Assembly: GCF_963921235.1 (NCBI RefSeq)
Contig: NC_086097.1
Coordinates: 192,388,001-192,452,000 of the forward strand
Source of the DNA: Mobula hypostoma
Taxonomy: Eukaryota
DNA length: 64,000 nucleotides
Reading direction: 5' to 3'
Shown: piece after piece, positions 12,880 to 25,944 of the stretch
Numbering within the stretch: position 1 is the stretch's first letter
How the letters are laid out: every line of letters begins with the position of its first letter
Notes under the pieces: generated by a model
What the model was told of the DNA's origin: nothing
What the model saw: only the letters and a program-made list of their open reading frames with translations
Database searches by the model: none
Translations under genes and position numbers: made by a program

Positions 12880-14025
12880 CCTAACAAATTAGTAAGCTTC
12901 ACATTGATCTCCCTACGCTCCATATTCTTCTCCTTAGTAAATGCTGATGCAAAGTTCTTGTTTAAGACCCCTCATACATCCTCTGAGCACATATTCATTC
13001 CTTTATCCTTGAGTTGTCCTACTTACCCCCTAGTTATCCTCTTGCTCTTGATGTACTGTGTGTATATAATGCATTGGGATTCTCTTTAATCTTACTTTCC
13101 AAGTACTTTACATGCCCCTCCTGGCTTTCCATAGTCCCTTCTTGCATTATTTTCTGGCTTCTTTATAATCCTTAAGATCTGTTTTGATTTTAGCTTCCTA
13201 GACTTCACATGTGTTTCCTTTTTTTTTCTTGACTAAATTCATCACCTCTCTTGATATCCAAGATTGCCTTGCATTGCCATCTTTATCCTTCCTTCTTACT
13301 GGACCACACCTATCCTGTCCTCTTTGTGGTTGATCCTTAAACACTCTCCAAAAGCTCAAAGCAAATTTTATTATCAATGTACATATACGTCACCATATAC
13401 AACACTGAGATTTATTTTCTTGTGGGCATACTCAGCAAATCTACAGAATAATAACCAAAACAGAATCAGTGAAAGACTGCTCAACTAGGTGTTCAACCAC
13501 AGTGCAGAAGGCAACAAACTCTGCAAAAGAAAAAAAAAGGAAACAATAGTATAAATAAATACACAATAAGTAGCCAGAACATCAGATGAAGAGTCCTTGA
13601 AGGTGAGTCCATTGGTTGGGGGAATATTTCAATGATGGGGATGAATGAAGTTATCCCCTTCCATTCAAGAGCTTGATGGTTGAGTGACCTGATGTCAGAT
13701 GTGGATTTGCTCAGAAACAGCTGTTCACACTCTCCATAGATCCAGCCCAATGCCCTTGTAATTTGCACTGTTACAACTTAATACTTTCCTACAAGGTTCA
13801 TACTTAGTTATAGCTATCCTAATACTTAAGGAGCTGTAATCATTGTTCCCTAATTGCACACCCACTGGAAGGTCAGTCACCTGAGCAGGCTTACTACCCA
13901 ACACCAGATTCAGTATGGTTTGTTGGACTATCTACATGTTAATTAAAAAAAAAATCCTCCTGGACGCAAATAATAAAATTTGCTCTTTCTAAAGATCTTA
14001 CTCTTAGGAAGTCCTGGCCTATGTT
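12880..14025 (-). mobile_element. CR1 ORF2 endonuclease-side fragment, degenerate
   Basis: Reverse complement resembles the 10600-11330 and 46700-47460 CR1 region (e.g. gcattgggattctctttaatcttactttcc = KVRLKRIP/ENPK-like). Confidence 0.65.
13353..13688 (-). mobile_element. Rex/Babar-like LINE 3' UTR/tail inserted in CR1
   Basis: Abrupt insert starting aaagctcaaagcaaattttattatc ((TTGAAC)-like tail plus AATAAA on minus) and ending ttcaagagcttgatggttgag. Confidence 0.5.
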
Positions 14026-14029
14026 AGTG

Positions 14030-14995
14030 TCTATATATAAATAATCTGGATGCAAATGCATAAAGCTTGATCAGTAAGTTTGTAGATGACGCAAAACTAT
14101 AAATTGTTAATAGTGAAGAAGCCTATCATAGATTACAGGGGCACCTTAATCAATTAGGTAAGTGGGCTGAGGAGTGGCAAATGGATTTCGATTATAGGTA
14201 AGTGTGAAGTGATATATTTTGGAAATTTAAAACAGAGTGGGATTTAAACAATGATTGTCAGGGCGCAAGAGAGTATATGGAACAGAGGGATGTGGAAATA
14301 CAAGAGCATTGTTCATTAAAAACAGGAGTACAGGTAGATAGGGCATGAAAAAGCTGTTTAGCTTCATCAGGCAAGGCACTGAATGTAGCAGCTGGGACGT
14401 TTACATTGCATTTGCATAAATTGTTGGTGAGGTCACACTGGATGTACCATGTTTTGGTCACCCTGTTATAGGGAAGACATGGTTAAAATGGAAAATTCAG
14501 GGAAGATTTATGAGAATATTGATATATGAGGACTTATAAAGATTTATGAGAACTAAAGGGCCTGAGTTTGGCCAGACTAAGTCTTTATTCCTTGGAACGT
14601 AGGTGAATAAAGGACAACTTTAAAGAAATGTTTAAAATAATAAGAGGCATAGATATAGTTGATGGAAGCAGTCTTTACCCCAGAGTCAGGGAGTCTGAAA
14701 CTAGAGGACACAGATACAAAGTAAGAGGGGAAGAGATTTATGAGAGACCTGAGAGATAACTTCTTTACTCACAGAATAGTGAGTAACTGGAATGAGCTGC
14801 CAGAGGAAGTGTTTGAGGCAGGTGCAATAACATCATTTAAGAAGCAATTCAATATATATATGCAGAAGCAGGGCCGAGAAGGATATGAGCTACATGCAAG
14901 AATTTGGGACTCAGACTAGCTGAGTGAGCACCATGGCATGAGTGGGCTTGTCGGACTGTAAGGGCTCGTGTCCATGCTTTATTGCTGTATGACTC
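14030..14995 (+). mobile_element. CR1 RT C-terminus and 3' end, degenerate
   Basis: ISKFVDDAK, KWAEEWQMDF, FFTHRIVSNWNELP, 3' UTR ending ctgtatgact. Confidence 0.75.
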
Positions 14996-15184
14996 CAGCC
15001 TGATAGTGCTAGTGTCTCCCTGTGTGGAATGGACTTGCTGATCCAATCTCCTCCTCCTTGATGCCTGTGTCTTTTCTCAAGTATGTGGTGACAGGACTAC
15101 TGAGCCAAAGTTTTCTGCTCCAGAGAGTTATTTGAGGAGCAGAAGGAGGCATTGGTTGCAACAGTAGAAACATTCTCATTGCAA

Positions 15185-16124
15185 CACTATACCTGTCCCA
15201 GCAGCTGGACTTTGGACTTCTTGTCAGATCGCTGGGGGTGGTAAGAGTTGGGCTCCCTCACCTCCACCCCACTGACACTCAATGCAGGAACCCCTCAGGG
15301 CTGTGTACCAAGTCCCCTCCTTTACTCCCTATATACTCATGACTGTGTTGCCACCCACAGTTCCAACCTGCTAATTAAATTTGCTGATGACACTACACTG
15401 ATTGGCCTAATCTCAAATAATAATGAGGCAACCTACAGAGAAGAAGTCATCACCCTGACACAGCGGTGTCAAGAAAACAACTTCTCCCTCAATGTCACAA
15501 AAACAAAGGCGGAATGGAGATAGGCTAACTCCTATTGACATCAATGGATCTGGGGTTGAGAGGGTGAACAACTTTAAGCTCCTCGGCATACACATTACCA
15601 AGGATCTCACATGGTCTGTACATACCGTGTGTGTGGTGAAAAAGGCACAACAGTGTCTCTTTCATCTCAGACAGTTGAAGAAGTTTGGTATGGGCCCCCA
15701 AATCTGAAGAACTTTCTGCAGGGGCACAATTAAGAGCCCAGCACATCTGTAGATGTGAACTTCCCACTATTCAGGACATTTACAATGACCTGTGTGTAAA
15801 TAAAGGCCCGAGATATCATTGGGGACCTGAGTCACCCCAACCACAAACTGTTTCAACTGCTACTATCCAGGTAACAGTACCGCAGCATAAAAGTCAGGAC
15901 CAGCAGGCTCCAGGTCAGCTTCTTCCACCAGGCCATCAGACTTTTTAATTCATGCTGATACAATTGTATTTCTATGTTATATTGACTGTCCTGTTGTACA
16001 TACTACTTATTATAAATTACTATAAATTGCACATTGCACATTTAGACGGAGACATAACGCAAAGATGTTTACTCCTCATGTATATGAAGGATGTAAGTAA
16101 TAAAGTCAATTCAATTCAATTCAT
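15185..16124 (+). mobile_element. Rex/Babar-like LINE, RT and 3' end
   Basis: GTPQGCVPSPLLYSLYTHDC, IKFADDTT, VKKAQQCLFHLRQLKKFG; AATAAAG followed by a (CAATT)n tail ending ~16124. Confidence 0.85.
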
Positions 16125-18271
16125 TCTTTCCTCTGAAGGAGTAACCCTGAAATACTGAGGTCAGGCACCCTCTGGTCTGGAGTACCATGCAACTGTTCCT
16201 GGTGACTTTTGCCACTGGTAACCAAAGGTGGCTAAGTTGGTGAGGTCTTTAGGATAATTGGGTATACTGCTCATGTGAGTGAGGGTGGAGAATGGACACA
16301 AGGGGATTAATGGGACAAGAGCAGAGTGTACTGCTGAATCAATGTGTGAGCTGTTAATTGATGACTTCATGAAGGCACACAGAACAGCAGGGATAGGGAG
16401 GAGGAGGGAAGCAGAATTGCGAGAAATGAGAATGGCTTCCTGAGAAACAGAATGGAAAAGAGAAACAGAGGCCGAGTAATAGAGCATGGTTAAGGGAAAC
16501 AGCAGCACCTCGAGCGTTAGAGAAATGGGATGAAACAAAGAGTGCACTGTAGAAAGTAGCACTAAAAGGCAGAGATAGGAGAAAGGAGACAGAAATGTAT
16601 TCTTTGAAGAGAGTATGTGTATATTCTAAAGAAAATGCATCAATTTGAAGACAACTTAAGTTGTATGGAAACATCTTTACTGATGTGAAGTCAAGATATT
16701 CCAGCAATAGGGGGATGATTACTCCTTCAAGTATCACCTGAAAAATACTCTACAGAACCATGCAGCTCACTTACTCATGACTGCAGGCAATGTGTCCCAC
16801 CAGCCTTTCATGCTCCCTGCATGTACTTCTAGGAAGATGCTTCAATGACTGCTAAAATCTCTAGCACACTCAACAATAAAGCAAACAGTGACTGAAATAA
16901 TCCTGGTTGTACTGTGCTTGTGTTCCTTTAAGAGTTGACTGATTAGGTCATATCTGTGACTAAGTGCCAGAAACTTCAAGAACTTCAATTAAATCTTCTC
17001 AATGATGCTGCTGTTTTTAACACAATGTGGCATTGCATGAAGAAGGCTGATTTTTTTAAATTTAAGTACATATAGTCAAATATTGCAATTTTTTAAAGTT
17101 TTGAAACAGCATTAAGGAGACACGCAACAATGTTATTATGACCCAAAGTACCAGAGACGTGATTTCAGTTTGAAATCCTGAGGTAAGTGATAAATATCAT
17201 GAATTAAGTGTGTTGACCCGTGTTAAATTTTCTTCCACGCCCTCCCATCTTCGTGAAAGAGTACTAATTTACAACTTTTTGCATCATACATTGCAATTTA
17301 ACATCTGTTTTTAGATTGTGACTTGTGTTTTCAATTAAATGCCTTTGGATATCCATAGATTTTAAATAAATTTTCATGCTGTTTTGAACTTCTGTGATTT
17401 TAGGGAGTGGTTCACTGATATACACTATATTTTCTATTTCAGCAAATACATTATTTTGTTATATTAGTATAAGTCACATTTAAAATTGCTAAAACTTCCA
17501 TGACTATATCTGAAGCTGTCTTAAGAGGAAGAGTTTGATCGAAAGAGTATGAATGATAGATAGCTTGAAACTTTAACTTCCACGTTTAAAGAAATAAGTA
17601 TGTAGTATCTCCAATAGATTCCTCAGATCCTGTGTACTCACATTGTCTTCAGCTTGTTTGCACGTAATTATGTATTCAAGTAAATGTTAATAAGTCATGC
17701 AAGGCATTTTGAGTTTTGAATGATCTTCAGCAAAATAGGAATAAAAATAGGTATAATAGAAGTAATTATGATTATCAGTGGAGTAATCAACAGTATTATA
17801 TCTCTGATCAGCTTGGTGTTCTTTTCAATATCTGATATATTAAGAATCAGATTACAATCATTGGAGTACAGTGCAGCATATATGTTGAATGAATTAAAGA
17901 CTGGTTTTAATCCACAATATTAATAATATAAAGAACAATTTACACAATGACAGGCTGAGTTCTTAGAAAAACATTTCAAAGGGTCATTCAACATCTGAAT
18001 GACAGGACTGATTTGGAATAACATGAAAAATATGTCATCAAGGACTGGTCAATTTGTGATTTAGCTTTGTTGGAATCAAAAGGAACAGTGTTTAATTTTG
18101 GGAGTCTGAGATCTTGTGTCATTTCATTTTTATTTTAATAAGCTGTTGGTGCTGGAGGATTGAATATTTAACCACTAGAGCTATAAACTTGGAAACTGCA
18201 GACCAGTCAGAATTTCATCAGTTGCAAATATGTTGTTGAAGAAAACTCTAATACAAGCAGTGGAGAATAAT

Positions 18272-20645
18272 TCCATTGTCCTTTCTCAATCTCCCTGTCT
18301 CCATTTCCGGAGTCAAACTGTCTACCAATATCTTTTATAAACCTACCTATTCCCATGGCTATCTTGACTATACTTTATACTTTATTGTCTCCAAACAATT
18401 GATACTAGAATGTACAATCATCACAGCAATATTTGATTCTGCACTTTCCGCTCCCTGGATTACAAATCGATAGTAAGTATTAAAAATTTGAATTATAAAT
18501 CATAAATAGAAAATAGAAAAATGGAAAGTAAGGTAGTGCAAAAAAACCGAGAGGGAGGTCTGGATATTTGGAGGGTATGGCCCAGATCGGGGTCAGGATT
18601 CATTCAGCAGTCTTATCAGAGTGAAAGGAAGCTGTTCCCAAATCTAGCCATACGAGCCTTCAAGCTCCTGAGCCTTCTCCTGGAGGGAAGAGGGACGAAA
18701 ACTGTGTTAGTTGAGTGGGTCGCATCCTTGATTATCCTGGTTGCACTGCTCCGACAGCGTGCGGTGTAAAGTGAATCCAAGGACGGAAGATTGGTTTGTG
18801 TGATGTGTTGTGCCACATTCATGATCTTCTACAGCTTCTTCCGGTCTTGGACGGGACAACTTCCACACCAGGTTGTGATGCACTCTAGAAGAATGCTTTC
18901 TATGGTACATCTATAAAAATTAGTGAGGGTTTTTAGGGGACAGGCCAATTTCTTTAGTTTTCTCAGGAAGTAAAGGTGCTGGTGGGCCTTCTTGGCAATG
19001 GACTCTGCTTGGTTGGACCAAGTCAGGTAATTTGTGATATTGACCCCAAGGAACTTAAGCTTTTGATCTGTTCCACTTGCGCACCACCGACGTAAATTGG
19101 GTCATGTGGTCTGCTACTCCTTCTGAAGTCAACAACCAATTCCTTCGTCTTGCTGACGTTGAGGGATAGGTTGTTGTCTTCGCACCATGCCACCAGGTTC
19201 TTAATTTCCTCTCTGTACTCAAACTCATTATTACCCGAGATACGGCCTAGAATTGTTGTGTCATCAGCAAACTTATATATTGGGTTTGATGGAAACTTGG
19301 CTACACAATCATGGGTGTACGGTGAGTACAGCAGGGGGCTGAGTACACAGCCTTGTGGGGCACCGGTGCTCAGAGTGATTGTAGAGGAGAGCTTGTCCCC
19401 TATTTTTACAGCCTTTTCCCACCAGGTCTTCAGTAAAAATGTAATTCCCTGTTCTCAGTTCTATTGCCTCCACTGCATCTGTTCCCAGGCTGAGGTTTTC
19501 CCTTCCAGGATATCAGAGGTGTCCTCCTTTTTTTAAAGCATAGGATTTAGCTTTTTCCACCATTGATGCTGCACTCACTCGCATCTCCTCCATTTTCTCA
19601 ACATCCGGACTCACCCCATCTTCCCACATCCTCAACAGATACAGATACAGTTCCTCTTGTCAATGTCTACCACCCCATGAGGCTCAGCATCCCATGCATC
19701 ATTGTCCACAACATCTGCCACCTTCAAAAGGATCCTACATCAAACACATCTTTACTTCCCGCCCTCCCCCATTCTCCGCTTTCCACAGGTTTTGCACCTT
19801 CAGAATTCCCTTCTCCATTCATCGCTGCCAACTAATCTTCCTCCTGGCACATATCCCTGCATGTGACAGAAAAGCTACAACTGCCCATCCACCCCCTCCC
19901 TCACCTCTGTTCAGAGCCTCAGACAGTGTTTACCAGTGAGGCAACACTTCATCTGCAAATTTGTCGGGGTCGATACTTTGTATCTGGCACACCCGATGTG
20001 GCCTCCTCTATGCTGGTGAGACCTGATGTAAATTGGCAGACCACTTTGTCAAGCACCTCCACTCCATCCACCAAAAGCGGAATTTTCTAGTGGCCAACCT
20101 TTTTAATTCCAATCCTATTTCCATTCTAACATGTCGGTCTTTGGCCGCCTCATTTGTCATGATGAGGCCACTCTCAGAGTACAGATGCAACATCTCATAT
20201 TCTGTCCAGGTAGCCTTCAACCTGATGGCATGAACATTGATTTCTCCTTCTAGTAATTTTATAAACTTTTCTCTTCTCCCCTTCTTTTATTCTTCACTCT
20301 GTCCTCTTATGTCTTCTCTTCACCTGCCTTTCATTCTTCCTGGTGCCCTTCCTTCTTTTTCCCCCGTGGTCCATTTTCCTCTCCTATCAGATTCCTTCTT
20401 CTCTAGCCCTTTACATTTCCCACCCACCTGGCTTCATCTGTCACCTTCCAGCTTGTCCTCCTTCCCCTCTCCTCACCATTTTATTCTGCCATCTTTCCCC
20501 TTCCTTTCCAGTCCTGATGAAGGCTCTTGGCCTAAAAAGTTGACTATTTATTCATTTCCATAGATGCTGCCTGACCTGGTAACTGCCTCCAACATTTTGT
20601 GTATGTGGCTCTGGATTTCCAGCATCTGCAGAATCTCTTGTATTT
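18272..20645 (+). mobile_element. Penelope-like element (RT thumb, GIY-YIG, terminal region), split by a Rex/Babar-like insertion
   Basis: FLNLPVSISG..IFYKPTYSHGYLDY (18276-18372) resumes at ~19413; GIY-YIG remnant (CGLLYAGET, DHFVKHLHSI, VANLFNS); decayed hammerhead at 20510-20545. Confidence 0.85.
18371..19412 (-). mobile_element. Rex/Babar-like LINE, relatively young 5'-truncated copy
   Basis: TGAPQGCVLSPLLYSPYTHDC, YKFADD, ARCRSSATRIIKD, RFGNSF; (AAAGTAT)n tail; many CpGs retained. Confidence 0.85.
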
Positions 20646-21139
20646 TCCATTGTACAGTTTTCTCAGCTCATTACAATATCATCTGATAACTAGTGAAGCA
20701 GGGAAAGCACCCATATTCAACACAATCAATGATAATCATTTGACATTTTCTGTAACATGCAAGGTTCAAGGATCAACTTTATGTGCCATATACATATAGA
20801 GGCGAAGTCTGTAATATATAACTTCTGTAACAGTAAAGACTATTAACCTTTTCTGAAAGTGTAAGTGTGTGATTGCTATTACAATTTAGACTTTTGTTTT
20901 TGGATTGCTTGCTTTCTACTCCCTGATGTACCAAACCTTCTTGCAAACAAAAACCCTGTTGATGATTAGGAAGATGATGAATAGAATTCTGTGATCTACA
21001 CTTTGTGAAGTTATTATTGTGCCCAATGATCTGTTTTTTCCCATGAAAAAATTACTAATGATGAGCAATTAGACAGTTCCTCAAGGAGTGATCCATCATG
21101 GACGAAGTGTGTTCTGTCTTCTACTTGGGCAACAAGTCA

Positions 21140-21385
21140 AACTGTTGACTGTCACCAAGAAGGTCAAGGGCCCTAGGCATATGGGAACACCAGCATCTCC
21201 AGGTACCCCTCTTGTGCAATCATAACTGTGTCTCCATTCCTTTTCCGGTGGTCTGTATCTTTAACTTCCCACCCAACAGTATGTTGGATGTACCTTAAGC
21301 AGAAGGAATGCAGCAGTTTAAGGTAGTGATGTGTCACCAACATCCCAAGAATAATTGCGGCTGTATATGTTGGCCTTGCCAAAAA
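21140..21385 (+). mobile_element. Old LINE 3'-end fragment (CR1/L2 group)
   Basis: caagggc..catatgggaacacca..ccaacagt..gtacct..gcagcagtttaag resembles a common chondrichthyan LINE 3' end (recognised from memory, not searched). Confidence 0.4.
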
Positions 21386-21420
21386 ACTGAATAGATAAAA
21401 AGTTTATAGTAGGTATGGAC

Positions 21421-21500
21421 CAGGGATTCCCAATCTTCTTTATGCCAAGGACCAATACTTTTAAGCAAAAGGTCTGTGGACACCAGGTTGGGAACCCTTG
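21421..21500. mobile_element. 80-bp hAT (Charlie-like) MITE
   Basis: TIRs cagggattcccaatct / aggttgggaacccttg; 8-bp TSD gtatggac (21413-20) / gtatagac (21501-08). Confidence 0.85.
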
Positions 21501-22329
21501 GTATAGACAGTGTTTTGAAATTATGTATTTTTATATTAAATTTTGCCACATATTAAAAACATGTTTACCAGCCATATACTGATACTGGCTCAGATATTTT
21601 GATTCTAATGAAAATGAACCTGTTTGCTTACTATCATTACTCTCTGAAACCAATGACAACCTCTGGAGTGCTTAGATGGTCAGTTAAACATGGCAGCTGA
21701 GAAGCTGTTGACATGATCCAATTTCAAAATGTGTAATTGCATATTAGGAACAACTGAGTTGTCCATTTCTGCTTCCTTCATTCCTCCTATTTGATGTCCT
21801 AAATTTCAGGGGTGATGGATGAGCAAATGAATTCAGCATTTATCAATTGACTACCATTGGACATGAATTACATAATTTTCACTCTTCCAATCATGTTTTG
21901 CAACATCAGGAAACACATTTTCATTATGCACGTGAGATGTGTGTCATAAAGTGGTACAGTTAGTGATGGAATTTCAGGTAAGCAGCCTTGGGTTCCTATC
22001 AGTGCCTTACATTTCTAAAATGATTTCCACCCTCCCTAATCCCCTTTGCCCAGTCTGCACACGCTGTCTAGTTGCCCACCCACCAGTCTTTGAAGCTAAA
22101 TTAATGGTGCTGACAATTTTGCTCAAATCCTTATAACACAGATTCAAAACCTACCTTCGGTTCTTGCTTTATGCTAAAGGCAGAGACTGCAATTTCCTTC
22201 CAAGGGGTCCAATGGGCTCTCAACAATGCCTTGATGTAGCAATCTGCCTCCCTTACCAGCTAACAACTAATCAACTGGAAGATCTCCATAGGCCAAGCAA
22301 CATCTAATGTAACACTACATCAGGACTCT

Positions 22330-22445
22330 TTTGATTCAAAACACTGACAATTCCAGCCTTTCACAGATGCTGCTTGACCTGCTGAGTTCCTCCAGTAGAT
22401 TGTTTGCTGCTCCAGATTCCAACATCTGCAGTCTCTTGTGTCTCC
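22330..22445 (+). mobile_element. Penelope-like element terminal fragment
   Basis: cagatgctgcttgacctgctgagttcctccag..gattccaacatctgcag is shared with the other PLE ends (20560-20640; 57143-57230 reverse). Confidence 0.7.
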
Positions 22446-24134
22446 ATTAATCTATTATGTAAAGTGGCACGGGGTCAAGAGGCATGAAGAAACAACCTAC
22501 TGAAAGTTAATTCAATATACTTATATTTTTGTGATTATTCAATTTTCAGTCATATTAATGAAAATGATAAGATATTAATTTTCATATACATTTTAACCGC
22601 ATTGATAATCATTGCTCACCTTTGCTCTTTCCTGTCAAGATTTTCATGTGGTGATTTGTAAATGAGATTGAAAGGTAATTTTACAGAAAAATTGCATTAT
22701 GCAATTTATGTGCATTTCTTCCTAATAAATGATTGTGCCCAAACTAGAAAGTTTTAAACTTTACCATGGCACAAAGAAACAAATTTGATGGATAAAGTGG
22801 GTGGTCTATTCTGATAATTAAAAGAGATGCACATGTAGAAATATATAATGGCTTCTGCTATCCTGTGAGCAAAGCCAAACTAACTTCAAATTTCTGTGAT
22901 TTCCCGATACATAACTCCTACAATTTAATATCCAGCAGTGTCTCTGAATATATTGAATGCTTTGGCTATCCTGTTACCATTCCTTAGAGGTATACACCAT
23001 GTTTTCAAAAGAGCTGCAACAATTTGCTAACGTTGGGGTGATGAAATAGAATTTGTTCATGTGGAGTGAGCTGAAGTGACTGAGTCTCAGCTCTCTGCGT
23101 ATTTGAGTCAATATTATTCAAGTAAGAGGATCCCATTAACTGTAGATTTCCAAGGGTTTCTGGCAGTTATGTATCATATTTATTCTAGTAAATTCCCATT
23201 CTCCTGAAAAGATCAAAGGAAGGTAATATTGCATATTGACATTGTAAGTGGAGCCAGACTGAGAACTAATGAGAAGAACAGTAGACTTGCCATAATAGTC
23301 AAACTTCTCCAAAGTTACTGATAATCCTGTTGTGTCTAGTCTACCAGTAATGGATGTGCTTTCCATGCACACTGTAATGATATTTGTTTTGTGATTTTAT
23401 TATTGTATGACTTTACCATTCATGTGAAGGCCATACAATATAAACTATCCTTTAACCTCATACAGAATTAGCTTTATGATTAGCTTTATCATAATTTTAG
23501 GAAATCAAATATACAGCTTCTTAGTTATCTTCTTTGGGAATGAGGTTTCTGATCTTACTGTAGTATCCTGCTTGGGACCTGCAGATTCGGTCACAGAGGC
23601 AGCAGGCACAGGGTGGGTGAATGGATCGTGTAGAATTTTGTATTCTGTTATTACACCGAAGTTCCTTACTGGATATTCTCCATTTTAAACAATCATGGAA
23701 CTGGGATAGATACCTCTGATTGGCTTGAGAAGTGAACCAATGGATTCTGAGAATTTTACAAGGGCAATATGTATGTCTTCTTTCTACAGTATTTTGTAGT
23801 TGCTATTGTAAGTCATTCATGTTTCTAAAGCATACAAGATGATGGGGAAGATGGCTGTTTAGTGGACCATGAGCTTGGTACAAGGTTTAATGTTTTGATT
23901 TTTGAAATTTCTCTCCTTAGCTGTCTGAAGACTATAATGGTGGCCTAGTGTTGGTAATGCACAGCATTATTGATATTGGGCATCAGTGAGCAGAAGCTCT
24001 CAGGATATGGACATTAATTAAGTTGTTGATGCGTTGTGGCGGGATTGGGGATTAATCCTCAACTAATCCAGTTTATGGGCCGTGAAACCATAATTTGGAA
24101 ATACGTGTGTCTGTATTACAGGTAGAATCTTGGT

Positions 24135-24890
24135 CTATGCATGATAATAGGGCTTTCAGCCCTTTTCACCATGGCAACCAAGATGCCTATCCACTCTAAA
24201 CTACTAATTTGCATTTGGCCCATGTCCTTCTATTCCTTTCCAATACATACATGTCTCGGTCCAAACAGTTTTTAAACACTGTGATTATACCTGCCTCTAT
24301 AACCTCCACTGGCAGCTTGCTCCACCTTCTGTGTGGTAAAACATATTCATCAGATTCATATAAATGTCTTCCTTCTCACCTTTAACCTGCCCTTCTGTAT
24401 TAGACTCCTTTACTTGAGGAAAAGGACTGTGACTATTTTTCCTGTTTATGTCCATCATAATGAGTTGAGAGTTAAAGGGCAAAAGTTTAGGGGTTACATG
24501 AAGGGGAGCTTCTTTACTCAGAGAGTGGTAACTGGGTGGAACGAGCTTCCAGCGGAAGTGGTTGAGGCAGGTTTGATGTTGTTGTTTAAAGTTAAATTGG
24601 ACAGCTCTATGGACAGGAAAGGAATGGAGAGTTATGGGCTGAGTGCAGGTCGATGGGACTAGGTGGGAGTAAGAGTTCGGCACGGACTAGAAGGGCCGAG
24701 ATGGTCTGTTTCTGTCCTGTAATTGTTATATGGTTATAATTTTCTAAACTTTTATAAGGTCACGCCACATCCTTCTTTGCTCCAAGGAAGTCAATACCAG
24801 AATCTCTTTGTAACTCCAGTTCAGGGAATATCCTTGTGATTTTATTTTGTCTGTGCCCTTTCTAGCTTAAGCGCATTGTTTCTCTAAAGT
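24135..24890 (-). mobile_element. CR1 3' fragment (minus) interrupted by a plus-strand CR1 3' end at ~24455-24738
   Basis: Plus insert encodes GSFFTQRVVTGWNELP and ends aattgttatatggttata; flanks are reverse-complement CR1 3' sequence. Confidence 0.7.
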
Positions 24891-25154
24891 AGCAAGCCAA
24901 ATATGAGTCTACTTGTTTTATCACCTTAGGGAAATATCAACAGGTTTGCCCAAGGCCCTGCCATTCGTATGTCCTGGATTGATGCCTTTCTGGTCTCAAA
25001 AGGATAGGAAGGTAGAATAACAGAGACATAAGAGTAAACCAGCATAGAAATAGGCTCTTTAGCGCAACTGCTCCGTGCCAACCACAGCATTTTCCCTGCT
25101 AGCCCCAGCTGCCCATAACTATACAAGTTCTCCCCTCTATATACCTATACAAAT

Positions 25155-25940
25155 TCCTTCCTCCGAGATTCCCTTGTCTATTTGTCCCTCCCCACTAATC
25201 TCCCTCCTGGCATTTATCCCTGTAAGCAGCCAAAGTGCTTCACGTGCCCAGTTACCTCCTCCCTCACTTCCACTCAGGGCCCTAAACAGTCCTCTCAGGT
25301 GAGGTAACACTTCAGCTGTGAATCTGCTGGGGTCATCTATTCTATTCAATGCTCTCAATGTAAACTCCTCTACATTGGTGAGACCTGTCATAACTTGGGG
25401 GTCTGCTTCATAGAGAAGCTCTACTCCATCTCCCAGAAGCAGAACATCCCAATGGCCAAACATTTTAATTCCAATTCCTATTTTTATTCCAACATTTTGG
25501 TCCCTCCTGTGCCGTGATGAGGTCGCTCTCAGGGTGGAGGAGCAACACCTTGTATTCCATCTGGTTAGCCTCCAACCTGATGGCATGAATATCGATTTCC
25601 CTCCTCTCCTCTTCTATTCCCCATTCAAGCCTCTTGCATCTTCTCACCTGCCTATCATCTCCCTGGTGCCCCTCCTCCTTCCCTTTCTCCTATTGTCCAC
25701 TCTTCTCTCCAATCAGACTCCTTCCTCTCCAGTCCTTTACCTTTACCACCCACCTGGTTTCGTCTTTCACCTTCTAGCTATCCCCCTTCTCCTTTCCCCC
25801 ATCCCCATCTTTTTATTCTGATGTCTTTCCCCCTTCCTTTCCCGTCCTGAAGAAGAATCTTTGCCTGAAATGTTGTTTGTTTGTTCATTTCAATGGATGT
25901 TGCATGATCTGCTGAGTTCCTTCAGCATTTTGTGTGTGTC
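25155..25940 (+). mobile_element. Penelope-like element 3' fragment (GIY-YIG and terminal region)
   Basis: IYPCKQPKCFTCP, LLYIGET, EEQHLVFHLVSLQPDGMNIDF; decayed hammerhead near 25844-25875. Confidence 0.85.
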
Positions 25941-25944
25941 ACCA

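Noticed and set aside
16130..16750. Possible old L2-like fragment; 133- and 127-aa minus-strand ORFs
   Set aside because: Too degenerate to assign; the ORFs reflect pyrimidine bias.
17720..17923. Hydrophobic Ile-rich ORF resembling a membrane or mitochondrial peptide
   Set aside because: Explained by AT-rich low complexity; no recognisable motif.
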